A DNA stretch of 64,000 nt from Trichormus sp. ATA11-4-KO1 (GTDB lineage Bacteria > Cyanobacteriota > Cyanobacteriia > Cyanobacteriales > Nostocaceae). Of this stretch, positions 1-10,598 are shown one piece after another; the first letter of the stretch is position 1, and each line of letters starts with the position of its first letter. A program made the translations under genes and the position numbers. The notes below the pieces were generated by a model that did not search any database, was not told the DNA's origin, and saw only the letters and a program-made list of their open reading frames with translations. Where the stretch lies: assembly GCA_019358915.1 (NCBI GenBank), contig JAHHIM010000073.1:224001-288000 (forward strand), written 5' to 3'.

Positions 1-28
1 GAATGCAGAGATAGGTAACATCCAATTA

Positions 29-853
29 TCAATTTTTTTTCGCAATATGAAAAGCAGAAATAAATGAAAGTTGCAAACTACCTCCCAAGTCATCTTTTAT
101 CTGTTGTCGTAGTTCTGCAAATAACGCTTCTTTACTATGTGTAGCTAACTTTAGATATGGTGAATAAGTGTTTAAAAGTGATATATATTCATCGACTGTA
201 TAAACCACGTCAGATTTGACTTGCCCAAACTTTAATTCTTGGAATTGCTCCGAATCAATAACCATACTCCCTAATTCCCTCAATATCTTTTGTTGAGTTT
301 CATCATCCTCATATCGATTCAGAGATGGCGCATGTAGTTGATAGACTTTAGATAGACTTTGGTAAACTTCGTAACTAGGTTGCAATTCCTTATTCCACAA
401 AAGAATTAAATAACCATTTTCTTTTAAAGCACTTGCCACTTTTGGATAGCCTACTTCTGGCGATATCCAGTGAAAAGAACTTGCTGCTAAAACAGCATCA
501 AACTTATTCGCCTCTAACGTCCACTCTTCAAAAGATGTATTTTGAATAACTACATTTGGATAAGCTTGACAATTCTGTTGTGCTAACTCAAAAAAATTTG
601 GATTTGGTTCTAAACAAATCATTGGGTAACCCAATTGAGCAAATGCTAACGTTGCAGTTGCAGGGCCACATCCTATTTCCAGAATTTTTGACTCTGTGGA
701 GAGTTGAGCAACCTCTACAACTTGCTCAATTAATTTTTGAGGATAACGAGGTCTGGTCTTATTGTAAGCTTCCGCCGCCGGAGAGTACCAATTTTTTCGT
801 ACTTCGAGGTCTTTACTAGAAAAGCTAGTTATTATTTGTTTTAAATTATCCAT
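29..853 (-). CDS. Class I SAM-dependent methyltransferase
   Basis: SAM-binding motif ILEIGCGPATAT; FDAVLAASSFHWI motif; 274 aa. Confidence 0.85.
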   Translation of the reverse strand: MDNLKQIITSFSSKDLEVRKNWYSPAAEAYNKTRPRYPQKLIEQVVEVAQLSTESKILEIGCGPATATLAFAQLGYPMICLEPNPNFFELAQQNCQAYPNVVIQNTSFEEWTLEANKFDAVLAASSFHWISPEVGYPKVASALKENGYLILLWNKELQPSYEVYQSLSKVYQLHAPSLNRYEDDETQQKILRELGSMVIDSEQFQELKFGQVKSDVVYTVDEYISLLNTYSPYLKLATHSKEALFAELRQQIKDDLGGSLQLSFISAFHIAKKN

Positions 854-867
854 AATCTACTCAGATA

Positions 868-942
868 GGTAGGTTGAGTTAAACACAGTAAAACCCAACA
901 AAATCTAGGTTTTTGCCATTAAGTTGAGGAACGAAACCCAAA
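868..942. repeat. Degenerate cyanobacterial REP-like repeats (GTAGGTTG..AAACCCAAC / GTTGAGGAACGAAACCCAA)
   Basis: Two related units ending AAACCCAA in the gap between the methyltransferase and glcD. Confidence 0.4.
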
Positions 943-991
943 AATTCTATGAATTGGTATTAGATAAGTCAGAGAAAGAAATTATACAAAA

Positions 992-2461
992 CTAAAATTT
1001 CTCCACACCTGCAAACTGCTTCATGCTTGTATTGGCTGCTTCACCACAAGTGCGGGGTGTAGGAAATATCTTATTGGGATTTGCCAAACCTTTGGGATTA
1101 AATACTTGCCTTACCCATTGCATAGTTTCTAAATCAGCCTCACTAAACATATCTGGCATATAGCATTTTTTATCTGCACCAATGCCATGTTCACCGGAAA
1201 TACTACCACCGACTTTAACGCAGAGCTTGAGAATTTCTCCGCCAACTTCTTCTACTTTCTCTAATGCTCCTGGAATAGAATTATCAAATAAAATTAATGG
1301 GTGTAAATTACCATCTCCAGCGTGAAATACATTAGCAATTCTATAACCAAATTTTTCACTTAATGCCTCAATTTCTTGCAGAACATAAGGCAACTGAGTC
1401 CGGGGAATTACCCCATCTTGAACATAATAATCTGGACTTAAATGTCCGGCGGCGGCAAAAGCTGCTTTACGTCCTTTCCAAAGTTTTAATCGAGTTTCTG
1501 GGTCACTAGCAGAAGTGACATTACGCGCCCCATTCTTTTTACAAATTTCCGCCACCCGTTGTTTATTTACCGCAACTTCTACATCCAAACCATCAATTTC
1601 TACTAATAAAATAGCCGTAGCGTCGCGAGGATAACAATTTGTTGCCACAACATCCTCAACTGCATTGATGCTAATGTTATCCATCATTTCCATACCACCG
1701 GGAATAATTCCCGCGCTGATGATATCAGAAACACTTGCCCCAGCCGCTTCCACACTAGTAAAATCTGCTAATAAAACACAAATTGATTCAGCACTTTTGA
1801 GAATCCGCAAAGTAATTTCTGTAGCAATACCCAAAGTACCTTCAGAACCCACAAATACACCCGTTAAATCATAACCAGGCATTTCCGGTACTTGTCCACC
1901 TAAATCGAGAATATCCCCTTCAGGCGTGACAATTCTTAAGCCCAAAACATGGTTAGTGGTAACACCGTACTTGAGACAATGCACCCCACCAGAGTTTTCG
2001 GCAACGTTACCCCCAATTGAGCAGATAATTTGGCTAGAAGGGTCTGGTGCATAATAAAATCCAGCACCACTAACGGTTTGTGTTACCCAACTATTAATTA
2101 CTCCTGGCTGGACAACAATACGCTGATTATCTAAATCAACATTAAGGATTTGCCGCATTAATGAAGTGACAATTAACACTGAATTTGCTGAAGGTAAAGC
2201 GCCACCAGATAAACCAGTCCCAGAACCGCGTGCGATAAAGGTTACAGAGTATTTGTTGCATATCTTCACCACTTCGGCAATTTGTTCTGTAGTTCTGGGC
2301 AAAATTACTACAGCCGGACGTTGACGATAACTAGTTAAACCATCGCACTCATAGGTAATGAGTTCTTCACGACGTTGCACTACACCATTTTTACCAACTA
2401 CAGCCTCAAATGCTTTAATAATAGGTTTCCAGTTGTATTGCTTTTTATCTTGGGTAAGCAT
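992..2461 (-). CDS. glcD: Glycolate oxidase/dehydrogenase FAD subunit GlcD
   Basis: ARGSGTGLSGGA, PDPSSQIICSIGGNVAENSGG, HAGDGNLHP and GEHGIG motifs. Confidence 0.92.
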   Translation of the reverse strand: MLTQDKKQYNWKPIIKAFEAVVGKNGVVQRREELITYECDGLTSYRQRPAVVILPRTTEQIAEVVKICNKYSVTFIARGSGTGLSGGALPSANSVLIVTSLMRQILNVDLDNQRIVVQPGVINSWVTQTVSGAGFYYAPDPSSQIICSIGGNVAENSGGVHCLKYGVTTNHVLGLRIVTPEGDILDLGGQVPEMPGYDLTGVFVGSEGTLGIATEITLRILKSAESICVLLADFTSVEAAGASVSDIISAGIIPGGMEMMDNISINAVEDVVATNCYPRDATAILLVEIDGLDVEVAVNKQRVAEICKKNGARNVTSASDPETRLKLWKGRKAAFAAAGHLSPDYYVQDGVIPRTQLPYVLQEIEALSEKFGYRIANVFHAGDGNLHPLILFDNSIPGALEKVEEVGGEILKLCVKVGGSISGEHGIGADKKCYMPDMFSEADLETMQWVRQVFNPKGLANPNKIFPTPRTCGEAANTSMKQFAGVEKF

Positions 2462-2615
2462 AGTTTTTTATAGCTAAAGGTGGATATATCACCATTGTGA
2501 CAAGAATAGCGCTTTAGGGGGAGTAACAAGCAATTAATCTGACAGCATGGCTACACTTACCGCACTTATTTGCATGAGTTATATTCATTCTTGTACTGCT
2601 AGGTAACATAGCAAG

Positions 2616-3302
2616 ATGAATGAGAGCCTAACTCAAAAGATCCGAAATGATTTTGATCAGATTGCTTTGCATGACCAAGAAGGATGGAATCATAACAATC
2701 ACTATCATCCTTTTCTGCTGAAACAATTACCAAATAAATGCAAAACAGTCTTAGATATTGGTTGTGGAACAGGTGAATTTGCCCGACGTCTGGCTCAATG
2801 TGCTGACCAAGTTATTGCCATAGATTTATCCCCCAATATGATTGAGGTTGCCAAGCAGCGTTCAACACAATATACAAATATTAATTTTCAAGTGGCTGAT
2901 GTTTTACAGTGGGAATTTCCTGTTGAGCAATTTGATGCGATCGCTTCCATTGCCACAGTTCATCATTTATCATTAGAAAACTTGCTGCCCAAACTGAAAG
3001 CTGCTTTAAAACCTGGTGGCAAACTGATAATTTTGGATTTATTAGAACCCGAAAATAGGCAAGATGTCTTCAGCGATTTTGTGGCTATTCCGCTTAACTG
3101 GTTACTGCAAATAAGTAAAAATAGACATATTCAATCAACACCAGCAGCAGCCGCAGCAATGAAAGAACATCTTCTTACAGATAGATATCTCACCCTATCA
3201 CAAGCACGAAAAATTTATACAAATTCATTGGTGAAAATGCAGGTAAAAAAGCACTTATTTTGGCGTTATTCAGTAGTTTGGGAAAGGTCAGTAGTAGCAT
3301 GA
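2616..3302 (+). CDS. Class I SAM-dependent methyltransferase
   Basis: VLDIGCGTG motif I, IDLSPNMI, LKPGGKL. Confidence 0.88.
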   Translation: MNESLTQKIRNDFDQIALHDQEGWNHNNHYHPFLLKQLPNKCKTVLDIGCGTGEFARRLAQCADQVIAIDLSPNMIEVAKQRSTQYTNINFQVADVLQWEFPVEQFDAIASIATVHHLSLENLLPKLKAALKPGGKLIILDLLEPENRQDVFSDFVAIPLNWLLQISKNRHIQSTPAAAAAMKEHLLTDRYLTLSQARKIYTNSLVKMQVKKHLFWRYSVVWERSVVA

Positions 3303-3349
3303 CAAATCAAGTAAACTAGAAATAATGCTCTTAAATAGTAGATAAAATT

Positions 3350-4057
3350 ATGGTTGAGCAAATTCTTATCAATGAAGATGATTTCTATGTGCCAGATGCC
3401 AACCAGCTAATCACTGAAGATGATACACCTGTGGACAATTTTGCATCTGAAAAACAACAACGCCTCTTGGTTGGCTCTCTTTACAGTTCTTTACAAAATC
3501 AGAATTTTTTAGCCGCAGCTAATGTTGGTATTTACTATACAGACCTCCAGCCTGCAATTGTACCTGATATTTTTCTTAGTTTAGATGCCCAAGTTCCAGA
3601 AAAATGGTGGGAAAAACAAAATCGTTGTTATATGGTTTGGCGTTTTGGTAAACCTCCAGAAGTAGTGGTGGAGATTGTTTCTAACAAAGAAGGTAATGAA
3701 CTAGGCAAAAAATTAAGAATTTATGAGCAAATGCGAGCGAGTTATTACATCGTATATGACCCAACACAGCAATTAGGAGAGCAAATACTACGGGTGTATG
3801 AACTTAGAGGAAGGCGCTATTTTGAAACTTCAGCGACTTGGCTAGAACAAGTAGGTTTAGGTATCACTCTATGGTCAGGAGAATTTGAAGGTAGACAAGA
3901 TACCTGGTTACGCTGGTGCTACCAAGATTTAACTATTCTACCTACTGGAGATGAACGGGCTGAACAGGAACGCCAACGGGCCGAACAAGCAGAAAAACGC
4001 GCCCAATCACTAGCAGAAAGACTCAGGGCTATAGGCATAGATCCTGATACTTTGTAA
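3350..4057 (+). CDS. Uma2 family (PD-(D/E)XK-fold) endonuclease
   Basis: VPDIFLS..PPEVVVEIVS, YYIVYDP, C-terminal ERAEQERQRAEQ coiled tail typical of cyanobacterial Uma2 proteins. Confidence 0.88.
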   Translation: MVEQILINEDDFYVPDANQLITEDDTPVDNFASEKQQRLLVGSLYSSLQNQNFLAAANVGIYYTDLQPAIVPDIFLSLDAQVPEKWWEKQNRCYMVWRFGKPPEVVVEIVSNKEGNELGKKLRIYEQMRASYYIVYDPTQQLGEQILRVYELRGRRYFETSATWLEQVGLGITLWSGEFEGRQDTWLRWCYQDLTILPTGDERAEQERQRAEQAEKRAQSLAERLRAIGIDPDTL

Positions 4058-4077
4058 AGGCATTTCATCAAACTTGT

Positions 4078-4977
4078 CTACACATTCTTGAAAAACTCCT
4101 CCACTCGCCGCCAAACCTTCTCTAACAAATCAGGATCATCTGCATCAAACCACTCAATTTGGGGATATGCCTTAAACCAAGTACGCTGTCGCTTGGCAAA
4201 TTGTCTTGTATGTAAAACCGTTAATTCCTTTGCTGACTCCAAAGAAATTTCACCAGCTAAATATTGCTTAATTTCTTGATACCCCAAAGTATTCAACAAA
4301 GGTAAATCAGCACCATATTTTTGACAAAGATATTCCACCTCAGTCACCAAACCATCAGCTATCATTTGCTCAGTGCGTTTTTGAATGCGTAGCCTTAAAT
4401 TTTCCACTTCGCAATCTAAACCAATTTGTAAAATCGGATAATTTGGTGGGTTTTCTCCTTGCTGCTGGGAAATTGGATAACCAGTAATATAAAATACTTC
4501 TACTGCTCGTAAAGTCCGCACAGTATCATGAGGATGAATCTTCTGTGCGGCGATCGCATCTACTTGTTGTAATATTTCATATAGCATAGTTTGTCCCAAA
4601 GATTCGAGTTGCGATCGCAATTCCTTTTGTGGTGAAACTCTGGGTATTTTCATGCCTCGGACAATAGAACGGATGTATAAACCTGTGCCTCCAACTAACA
4701 GGAGTGGTGAAATAGAAAGAGAAGCAATTAAGTTTTGTGCTTGCTCTTGATAGTCTGCTACCGTCATTGTGTCTGTTGGATCGCAGATATCTATTAAATA
4801 ATGTGGTACTAATTTTTGTTCTGCCAATGTTGGCTTAGCCGTACCAATATCAAACTCACGATACACCTGACGGGAATCTGCACTGAGAATTACAGAACCT
4901 AATCGTCTAGCTAAATTTAATGCCAAACCTGACTTACCAGTCGCTGTTGCACCACAAATTACAATCAATTTAGTCAT
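4078..4977 (-). CDS. miaA: tRNA dimethylallyltransferase MiaA
   Basis: GATATGKS, SADSRQVY, DIGTAKP, VGGTGLY, FAKRQRTWF. Confidence 0.97.
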   Translation of the reverse strand: MTKLIVICGATATGKSGLALNLARRLGSVILSADSRQVYREFDIGTAKPTLAEQKLVPHYLIDICDPTDTMTVADYQEQAQNLIASLSISPLLLVGGTGLYIRSIVRGMKIPRVSPQKELRSQLESLGQTMLYEILQQVDAIAAQKIHPHDTVRTLRAVEVFYITGYPISQQQGENPPNYPILQIGLDCEVENLRLRIQKRTEQMIADGLVTEVEYLCQKYGADLPLLNTLGYQEIKQYLAGEISLESAKELTVLHTRQFAKRQRTWFKAYPQIEWFDADDPDLLEKVWRRVEEFFKNV

Positions 4978-5035
4978 TGCTCATTGGTCATTGGTCACTA
5001 GGTAAACTACCTCCCCTTCTCCCCTTGGCCCCCAC

Positions 5036-5453
5036 CTGACAGGTGTAGGTTTTTACAAGGGAGTGAGTATTCAGTATTTTCGTCAGAAAATCAAAGAAGA
5101 AAACCAGAACATGGATGAGACTCAAATGCTAAAAAATGAGTATCTCAAACAATGGACAAGGATAGTATCAGAGAAGATGCCGCATCTGTCGATACCCCAA
5201 GTAGTGGAGTTACGGCATAGTGATGACGCAATCAAGTAGCCTGAGCAAAGTATCGCAATTCATTGCCAAAGTGAATGGCGAAAAAGCTTCGACAGTACGT
5301 CAAAGGTTAAGAAAATGGTATGAGGAAGCACAAGCCAAAAAAGGGAGTCATCGTCGCAGCCTGGATGTTAAGAGTTGTTTTGCGCCATTGCTGAAGTGGG
5401 TGTTAAGTTTACTGCCCAGAGATTTGACACAAATAGCCTTTTCCATATATTAA
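5036..5453 (+). mobile_element. Truncated, frameshifted IS transposase remnant (IS4-like DDE family, N-terminal part only)
   Basis: ATG at 5111 gives MDETQMLKNEYLKQWTRIVSEKMPHLSIPQVVEL; frameshift near 5213 into GIVMTQSSSLSKVS..TVRQRLRKWY..KKG..LDVKSCFAPLLKWVL; ends before any catalytic Asp; candidate left end CTGACAGGTGTAGGTTTTT at ~5036. Confidence 0.65.
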
Positions 5454-5459
5454 GTTCTT

Positions 5460-5495
5460 CCCCCATCTCCCCATCCCCCCATCTCCCCATTCCCC
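5460..5495. repeat. Short tandem repeat (CCCCATCT-like octamer)
   Basis: ccccatct ccccatcc ccccatct ccccattcccc. Confidence 0.8.
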
Positions 5496-5541
5496 TGGAA
5501 ATATACTAAAATCAATGACCTGAGTCACAAAGAGAGCAATC

Positions 5542-6999
5542 ATGGCATCCATCCGCGAGTTGCACGAACAGCTAATTAAAAAAGAACGTTCTGCTGTCGA
5601 AATTACCCAAGAAGCTTTAGACCGTATTCAAGCATTAGAGCCGAAATTACACAGTTTCTTACACGTAACGGCACAACAGGCGTTAGAACAGGCTCGTGCT
5701 GTGGATACCAAAATCGCTGCTGGAGAAGAAATTGGACTGCTGGCAGGTATTCCCATTGGCATTAAGGACAATATGTGTACCAAGGGGATTCCCACCACTT
5801 GCGCCTCCAAGATTTTGGCAAATTTTGTGCCACCTTATGAATCAACAGTGACACAAAAATTGGCTGATGCCGGGGCAGTGATTGTTGGTAAAACCAATTT
5901 AGATGAGTTTGCAATGGGCAGTTCTACAGAAAACTCTGCCTACCAAGTTACGGCTAATCCTTGGGATTTATCACGAGTTCCGGGTGGTTCTTCTGGAGGT
6001 TCGGCGGCGGCTGTGGCGGCGGAAGAATGTGTGGTTGCGCTTGGTTCTGATACTGGCGGTTCGATTCGACAACCTGCGTCGTTTTGTGGTGTAGTGGGGA
6101 TGAAACCGACTTACGGTTTGGTTTCCCGTTACGGCTTGGTAGCTTTTGCTTCGTCTTTGGATCAAATTGGCCCATTTGGACGCTCAGTAGAAGATACCGC
6201 AATTTTATTAAATGCGATCGCAGGTTACGATCCCCAAGACTCTACCAGCTTGAACGTAGAAATCCCTAACTACGCCGCCAGTTTAAAACCAGACTTTAAA
6301 GCTAGAGGAAAACTGCGAATTGGGGTAATCAAAGAAACTTTTGGTGAAGGGTTGGACTCTGTTGTTGAACAAGCTGTTACTAAAGCAATAGACCAACTAC
6401 AAAGTTTGGGTGCAGAAGTTCATATAGTTTCCTGCCCCAACTTCCGCTATGGCGTACCTAGTTACTACATCATCGCCCCATCAGAAGCATCCGCTAACCT
6501 TGCTCGTTACGATGGTGTGAAATATGGCTTGCGTGCTGATAACGCAGATAATCTGCTATCTATGTATACTCGTACCCGTTCCACGGGTTTTGGTGCAGAA
6601 GTCAAACGCCGGATTATGATTGGCACATACGCCCTTTCTGCTGGCTATTACGATGCTTATTATCTGAAAGCGCAAAAAGTCCGCACCCTGATTAAACAAG
6701 ATTTTGAAAGAGCGTTTAAAAAAGTTGATGTATTAGTTTGTCCTACTGTTCCCACCACAGCATTCAAAGCAGGGGAGAAAAATACTGATCCCTTAAGTAT
6801 GTACTTACTAGACCTCATGACAATTCCCGTAAATCTTGCAGGTTTACCGGGTATAAGTGTACCTTGTGGTTTTGATGACCAAGGGTTACCAATTGGATTG
6901 CAGCTAATTGGCAAGGTGCTACGAGAAGACCAGTTACTTCAAGTAGCCTACGCTTACGAGCAATCAACTACTTGGCATCTGAAACAGCCGGCGTTGTGA
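5542..6999 (+). CDS. gatA: Asp-tRNA(Asn)/Glu-tRNA(Gln) amidotransferase subunit A
   Basis: Amidase signature [46 protein letters not shown]. Confidence 0.97.
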   Translation: MASIRELHEQLIKKERSAVEITQEALDRIQALEPKLHSFLHVTAQQALEQARAVDTKIAAGEEIGLLAGIPIGIKDNMCTKGIPTTCASKILANFVPPYESTVTQKLADAGAVIVGKTNLDEFAMGSSTENSAYQVTANPWDLSRVPGGSSGGSAAAVAAEECVVALGSDTGGSIRQPASFCGVVGMKPTYGLVSRYGLVAFASSLDQIGPFGRSVEDTAILLNAIAGYDPQDSTSLNVEIPNYAASLKPDFKARGKLRIGVIKETFGEGLDSVVEQAVTKAIDQLQSLGAEVHIVSCPNFRYGVPSYYIIAPSEASANLARYDGVKYGLRADNADNLLSMYTRTRSTGFGAEVKRRIMIGTYALSAGYYDAYYLKAQKVRTLIKQDFERAFKKVDVLVCPTVPTTAFKAGEKNTDPLSMYLLDLMTIPVNLAGLPGISVPCGFDDQGLPIGLQLIGKVLREDQLLQVAYAYEQSTTWHLKQPAL

Positions 7000-7073
7000 G
7001 TGGGGAGTCAGGGAGTGAGGGAGTATTTTTGTTCTTGTCCCCTTGTCCCCTTGTTCTCTCCAAATTACAAGAA

Positions 7074-7874
7074 CTACTGACTGACACTTTCAGGAGTGAA
7101 AGTCACTTCTTTGACATCACCGTCACTCCCGAAAGGTTTTGCTGGTTGCTGATTAACAGAAATCAACACAGCACCTGCATTACCAGAGCGTATAGTCAAC
7201 TGTTCTTTTGCTGTCCAAGTTCTCCGTTCTCCATTTGTTAAATTACCCATAAATTCAGTTTTGCCATCTACTGTCACCTGTAACCACGATTTATCTTGAA
7301 GTTCTAAACTGACTTCGATATTTTCGCTGACAGTCGGTTTGGGAGATGCTACTGGCAAAGCTGTGATTTCGGGAGTAGCCAAAGATTCGGGTTCGGGTGA
7401 TGCAGGAACAGGTAATGGTGTAATTTTTGCTTCTTGAGTCGATACTGAGTCTTGTTTTTTCGCTAGGGATTCGGCTGTTAGTTTTGGATTGAGTACATAA
7501 ATCAGTCCGACAGAAGCAAGTACTAATAAGAGAACGTATGGTACATACAAGGGTATGTGTATATCTGGTCGTTTGTCTAAAATTTGATTATCATGATGAG
7601 AGTCTTGAGGTAAATCGTTAATTACAAAGGTATTTGCTAAAGCCGTACCATCCAACCCTATGGCATCACCATAGCGGCGGATAAATCCTTGAACGTAAAC
7701 AGGTTCAGGCAATTCTGCAAATTGCCCTGCATCTAGAGCTTTCAAAAAAGCGAGTCGAATATTTGTTGTAGCAGCTATTGCCTCTATACGTATGGATTTT
7801 TCTTGTCTTACTTGTAGTAAATGTTGAGTTATTTCCTTTAATTGCTCTTTTTGAGCTTCATTTAAGAGCGTCAC
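7074..7874 (-). CDS. RodZ-like protein (XRE-type HTH, TM helix, DUF4115-like C-terminal domain)
   Basis: LPEPVYVQGFIRRYGDAIGLDG HTH motif, one TM helix, SWLQVTVDGK..GNAGAV C-domain. Confidence 0.85.
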   Translation of the reverse strand: MTLLNEAQKEQLKEITQHLLQVRQEKSIRIEAIAATTNIRLAFLKALDAGQFAELPEPVYVQGFIRRYGDAIGLDGTALANTFVINDLPQDSHHDNQILDKRPDIHIPLYVPYVLLLVLASVGLIYVLNPKLTAESLAKKQDSVSTQEAKITPLPVPASPEPESLATPEITALPVASPKPTVSENIEVSLELQDKSWLQVTVDGKTEFMGNLTNGERRTWTAKEQLTIRSGNAGAVLISVNQQPAKPFGSDGDVKEVTFTPESVSQ

Positions 7875-8056
7875 AATCTTCTCCTAAGAATGACTAAATT
7901 TTACTATTTAACAGTGGGATTGCTTAATTAAAGTAATTATTTTTACTATTCAAAATGTTTGAATTAGTTTAATTTTAATGGGAAAGTACCCACCTTGCTT
8001 AGTTAGTAAATCTTTATTTTATTTATCAATATTTGTTAAAGTATAAAGTCTAGAGC

Positions 8057-8947
8057 ATGAATATAAACAAACTGCAATTTTCAATGCAATTGTGTTTTAA
8101 GCTGCTGCTTATAGTAGAAATAGTTGTGGTTATTGCCTACTTTGCCATCTGTCTATTTCTGTTTGTTCGGCAGCCTCGGTTCATCTTCTTTCCCTCTAGT
8201 ACTGTGGAAATTACACCAGAGTTTTTCCATCTCCCATACGAGGAGGTGTGGCTGCCTGTACCAGCTAGCTCTGGTAAAGTGGAACGCATTCATGGTTGGT
8301 GGATCGAAGCCACCCAAACCGATGCCAAGGTTTTGTTATATCTGCACGGGAATGGGATCAATATTAGCGCCAATATTGGTCATGCCAATCGATTTTATCA
8401 ACTAGGATTTTCCGTGCTGCTGATTGATTATCGCGGGTATGGTCGCAGTGAAGGTGTTTTTCCCAATGAAATGCGAGTTTATCAGGATGCAGCCGTCGCG
8501 TGGAATTACCTGGTACAGGAGAAGCAGATTCCACCTAGCCAAATTTTTATTTATGGACATTCTATGGGGGGAGCAATAGCTATTGATTTGGCAGTCAAAC
8601 ACCCAAATGCTGCTGGATTGATTGTGGAAAGCTCGTTTACCTCTATTCGGGATGTAGTGGCTTACAGAAACTTATTTCGGCTGTTTCCTGTAGATTTAAT
8701 CTTGACACAGAGATTTGATTCTCTTAAAAAAATACCACAGTTAAAAGTGCCTGTTTTATTCATTCACGGTACTGCTGATACAACCGTACCGTCTTTTATG
8801 AGCCAACAACTGTATAACGCTGCTCCCCAACCGAAAAAACTGCTTTTGATTCCAGCCGCAGACCACAATGACACGGCTTCAGTGGCTGGAGGAGAATATC
8901 TGCAATGGGTAAAGTCTTTTACCCAACAAGTAAAGGTTAGCAACTAG
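8057..8947 (+). CDS. Alpha/beta hydrolase (ABHD-like)
   Basis: LYLHGNG, DYRGYGRSEG, nucleophile GHSMGG, HGTAD, DHND; start may be 8084. Confidence 0.9.
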   Translation: MNINKLQFSMQLCFKLLLIVEIVVVIAYFAICLFLFVRQPRFIFFPSSTVEITPEFFHLPYEEVWLPVPASSGKVERIHGWWIEATQTDAKVLLYLHGNGINISANIGHANRFYQLGFSVLLIDYRGYGRSEGVFPNEMRVYQDAAVAWNYLVQEKQIPPSQIFIYGHSMGGAIAIDLAVKHPNAAGLIVESSFTSIRDVVAYRNLFRLFPVDLILTQRFDSLKKIPQLKVPVLFIHGTADTTVPSFMSQQLYNAAPQPKKLLLIPAADHNDTASVAGGEYLQWVKSFTQQVKVSN

Positions 8948-9312
8948 GGGATTAAGGTAATTCAACGTGCGCCTCCGTTGGAGACTCACGTTAATACTGA
9001 AATTTATGTAATTGATAATTTGGTAAAAAATTAAACTAATAATAACGTAAATTTACTAAAAGAATCTAGTAACTATGAAGCATATTTCTTTTCTGAGCGA
9101 TCGCTTGATAAATACTAGCTTTATGAGATGTTTTTACTTGCTAAATCAGAGTCTTGGAGACTTAGTAAATTTAATCGAATCTAGGTAATTTTGCTATTTT
9201 TTACAAAAATCTGTAAAAATAATACAAATGCCTCCGGATATGCCAAAAAAGTATGCGAGAAATTATACAGATTTAATCACTCCTTGCCTGAATATCAGAA
9301 GCAACTTCAATC

Positions 9313-10359
9313 ATGACTACGACACCTGTGTATTTGCTAACTATTCCGGGAAATCCCAGTATTAAAATTTCTCAAGATGAATTGCGATCGCTGTTAGGTG
9401 AAATTGAAGCTGAACTTCATCGCAGTAAAGTTTATCTTCGGGCTATGGCTACTTTACAAAAGTTGCTTGGTGCTTCAGGGGAACAAGCCAAGATGTTGTT
9501 TAAAGCTGTGGGTAGAGAGGCAATTGGTTTAGCCTTCCAGCAATTCGCGCAACATCAAAAGGTTGCCGATATTCATGAACAGACAAATACTGACAGTATT
9601 GAGCTAGAAAATACTTGTGACTTATCAGATATTCAAGTAAACACACAAAAAACCAGCACAAATGCTAGCCCAGACAACGTATCATCAACAGCCACAGTAA
9701 ACTCAATGAGCAATTCACAAATCAACTCTCCAGGTGTAGAACTGATGAAGCGGCTGAGGCTCAATAAAAAACTTTCCCAAGCTGAACTAGCCAAGCAAAT
9801 GGCAGCCGAACAGCGCTTAAAAACTATGTGCCAAATCGGTCAGCAATTAAAGCAATCTCGTGAGTTTCAAGGTCTCTCTCTGAGCCAACTTAATATTTAC
9901 ACTCACGTACCCATCCATCAGATGGAAGCTATAGAAAATGGCAAATTGGAGTTATTACCAGAAGATACTTTGGTACGTGGATTTATTCGCGTGATGGGGA
10001 ATGCCTTGGGGCTAAATGGCACAATTTTAGCTGCTTCTTTACCAGCAGCCGATATGGTGAAATCAGTCATACCTTCTTGGTCTCAATCAAAACAGAATAC
10101 CGGGGCTTTGGGAATAGAAATACGTCCTATGCATCTGTATTTAGGCTATACAGCCCTTGTGGTTGGGGCGGTAGGAGGATTGTCCCTGATTTCTCAGTCA
10201 GCAAACACTGGCAAAATGTTGAATTCAGAGGTGATAATTCCCCCATCTGCTTCTTTGTCTTCATCATCCCAGGAGTCTGAAGTAACTGCTAAACCAGGGT
10301 TGAAGTCTACCACTAGTATCAGTGCAGGAGCGGGTATTGCTCCGCCAGAGGCACTGTAA
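9313..10359 (+). CDS. HTH domain protein (RodZ-type XRE HTH, C-terminal TM segment, unknown N-domain)
   Basis: IGQQLKQSRE..LS..IENGKLELLPEDTLVRGFIRVMGNALGLNG; hydrophobic YLGYTALVVGAVGGLSLI. Confidence 0.75.
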   Translation: MTTTPVYLLTIPGNPSIKISQDELRSLLGEIEAELHRSKVYLRAMATLQKLLGASGEQAKMLFKAVGREAIGLAFQQFAQHQKVADIHEQTNTDSIELENTCDLSDIQVNTQKTSTNASPDNVSSTATVNSMSNSQINSPGVELMKRLRLNKKLSQAELAKQMAAEQRLKTMCQIGQQLKQSREFQGLSLSQLNIYTHVPIHQMEAIENGKLELLPEDTLVRGFIRVMGNALGLNGTILAASLPAADMVKSVIPSWSQSKQNTGALGIEIRPMHLYLGYTALVVGAVGGLSLISQSANTGKMLNSEVIIPPSASLSSSSQESEVTAKPGLKSTTSISAGAGIAPPEAL

Positions 10360-10379
10360 CCAAGAATACTGAGTTGAAT

Positions 10380-10442
10380 AAGAAGGAAGAAGGACGAAGG
10401 AAGGAGGAAGGAGGACGAAGGAAGAAGGACGAAGGAAGAAGG
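10380..10442. repeat. Heptamer tandem repeat (AAGAAGG/ACGAAGG/AAGGAGG) x9, STRR type
   Basis: Directly visible, nine 7-nt units. Confidence 0.9.
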
Positions 10443-10598
10443 AAGGACTTTCGCACTCGGTACAAGCCCCGTCCCTTGTGGTCACTGAGCCTTGCCGAAG
10501 TGTGGGGAGAATCTTATTACTGTCAGAAGGTTGATACCCCGCCCCTTGTGGGCGGTTTTTTAACTCAGCACTCAGCACTTTTAACTCAGCACTCTTCA

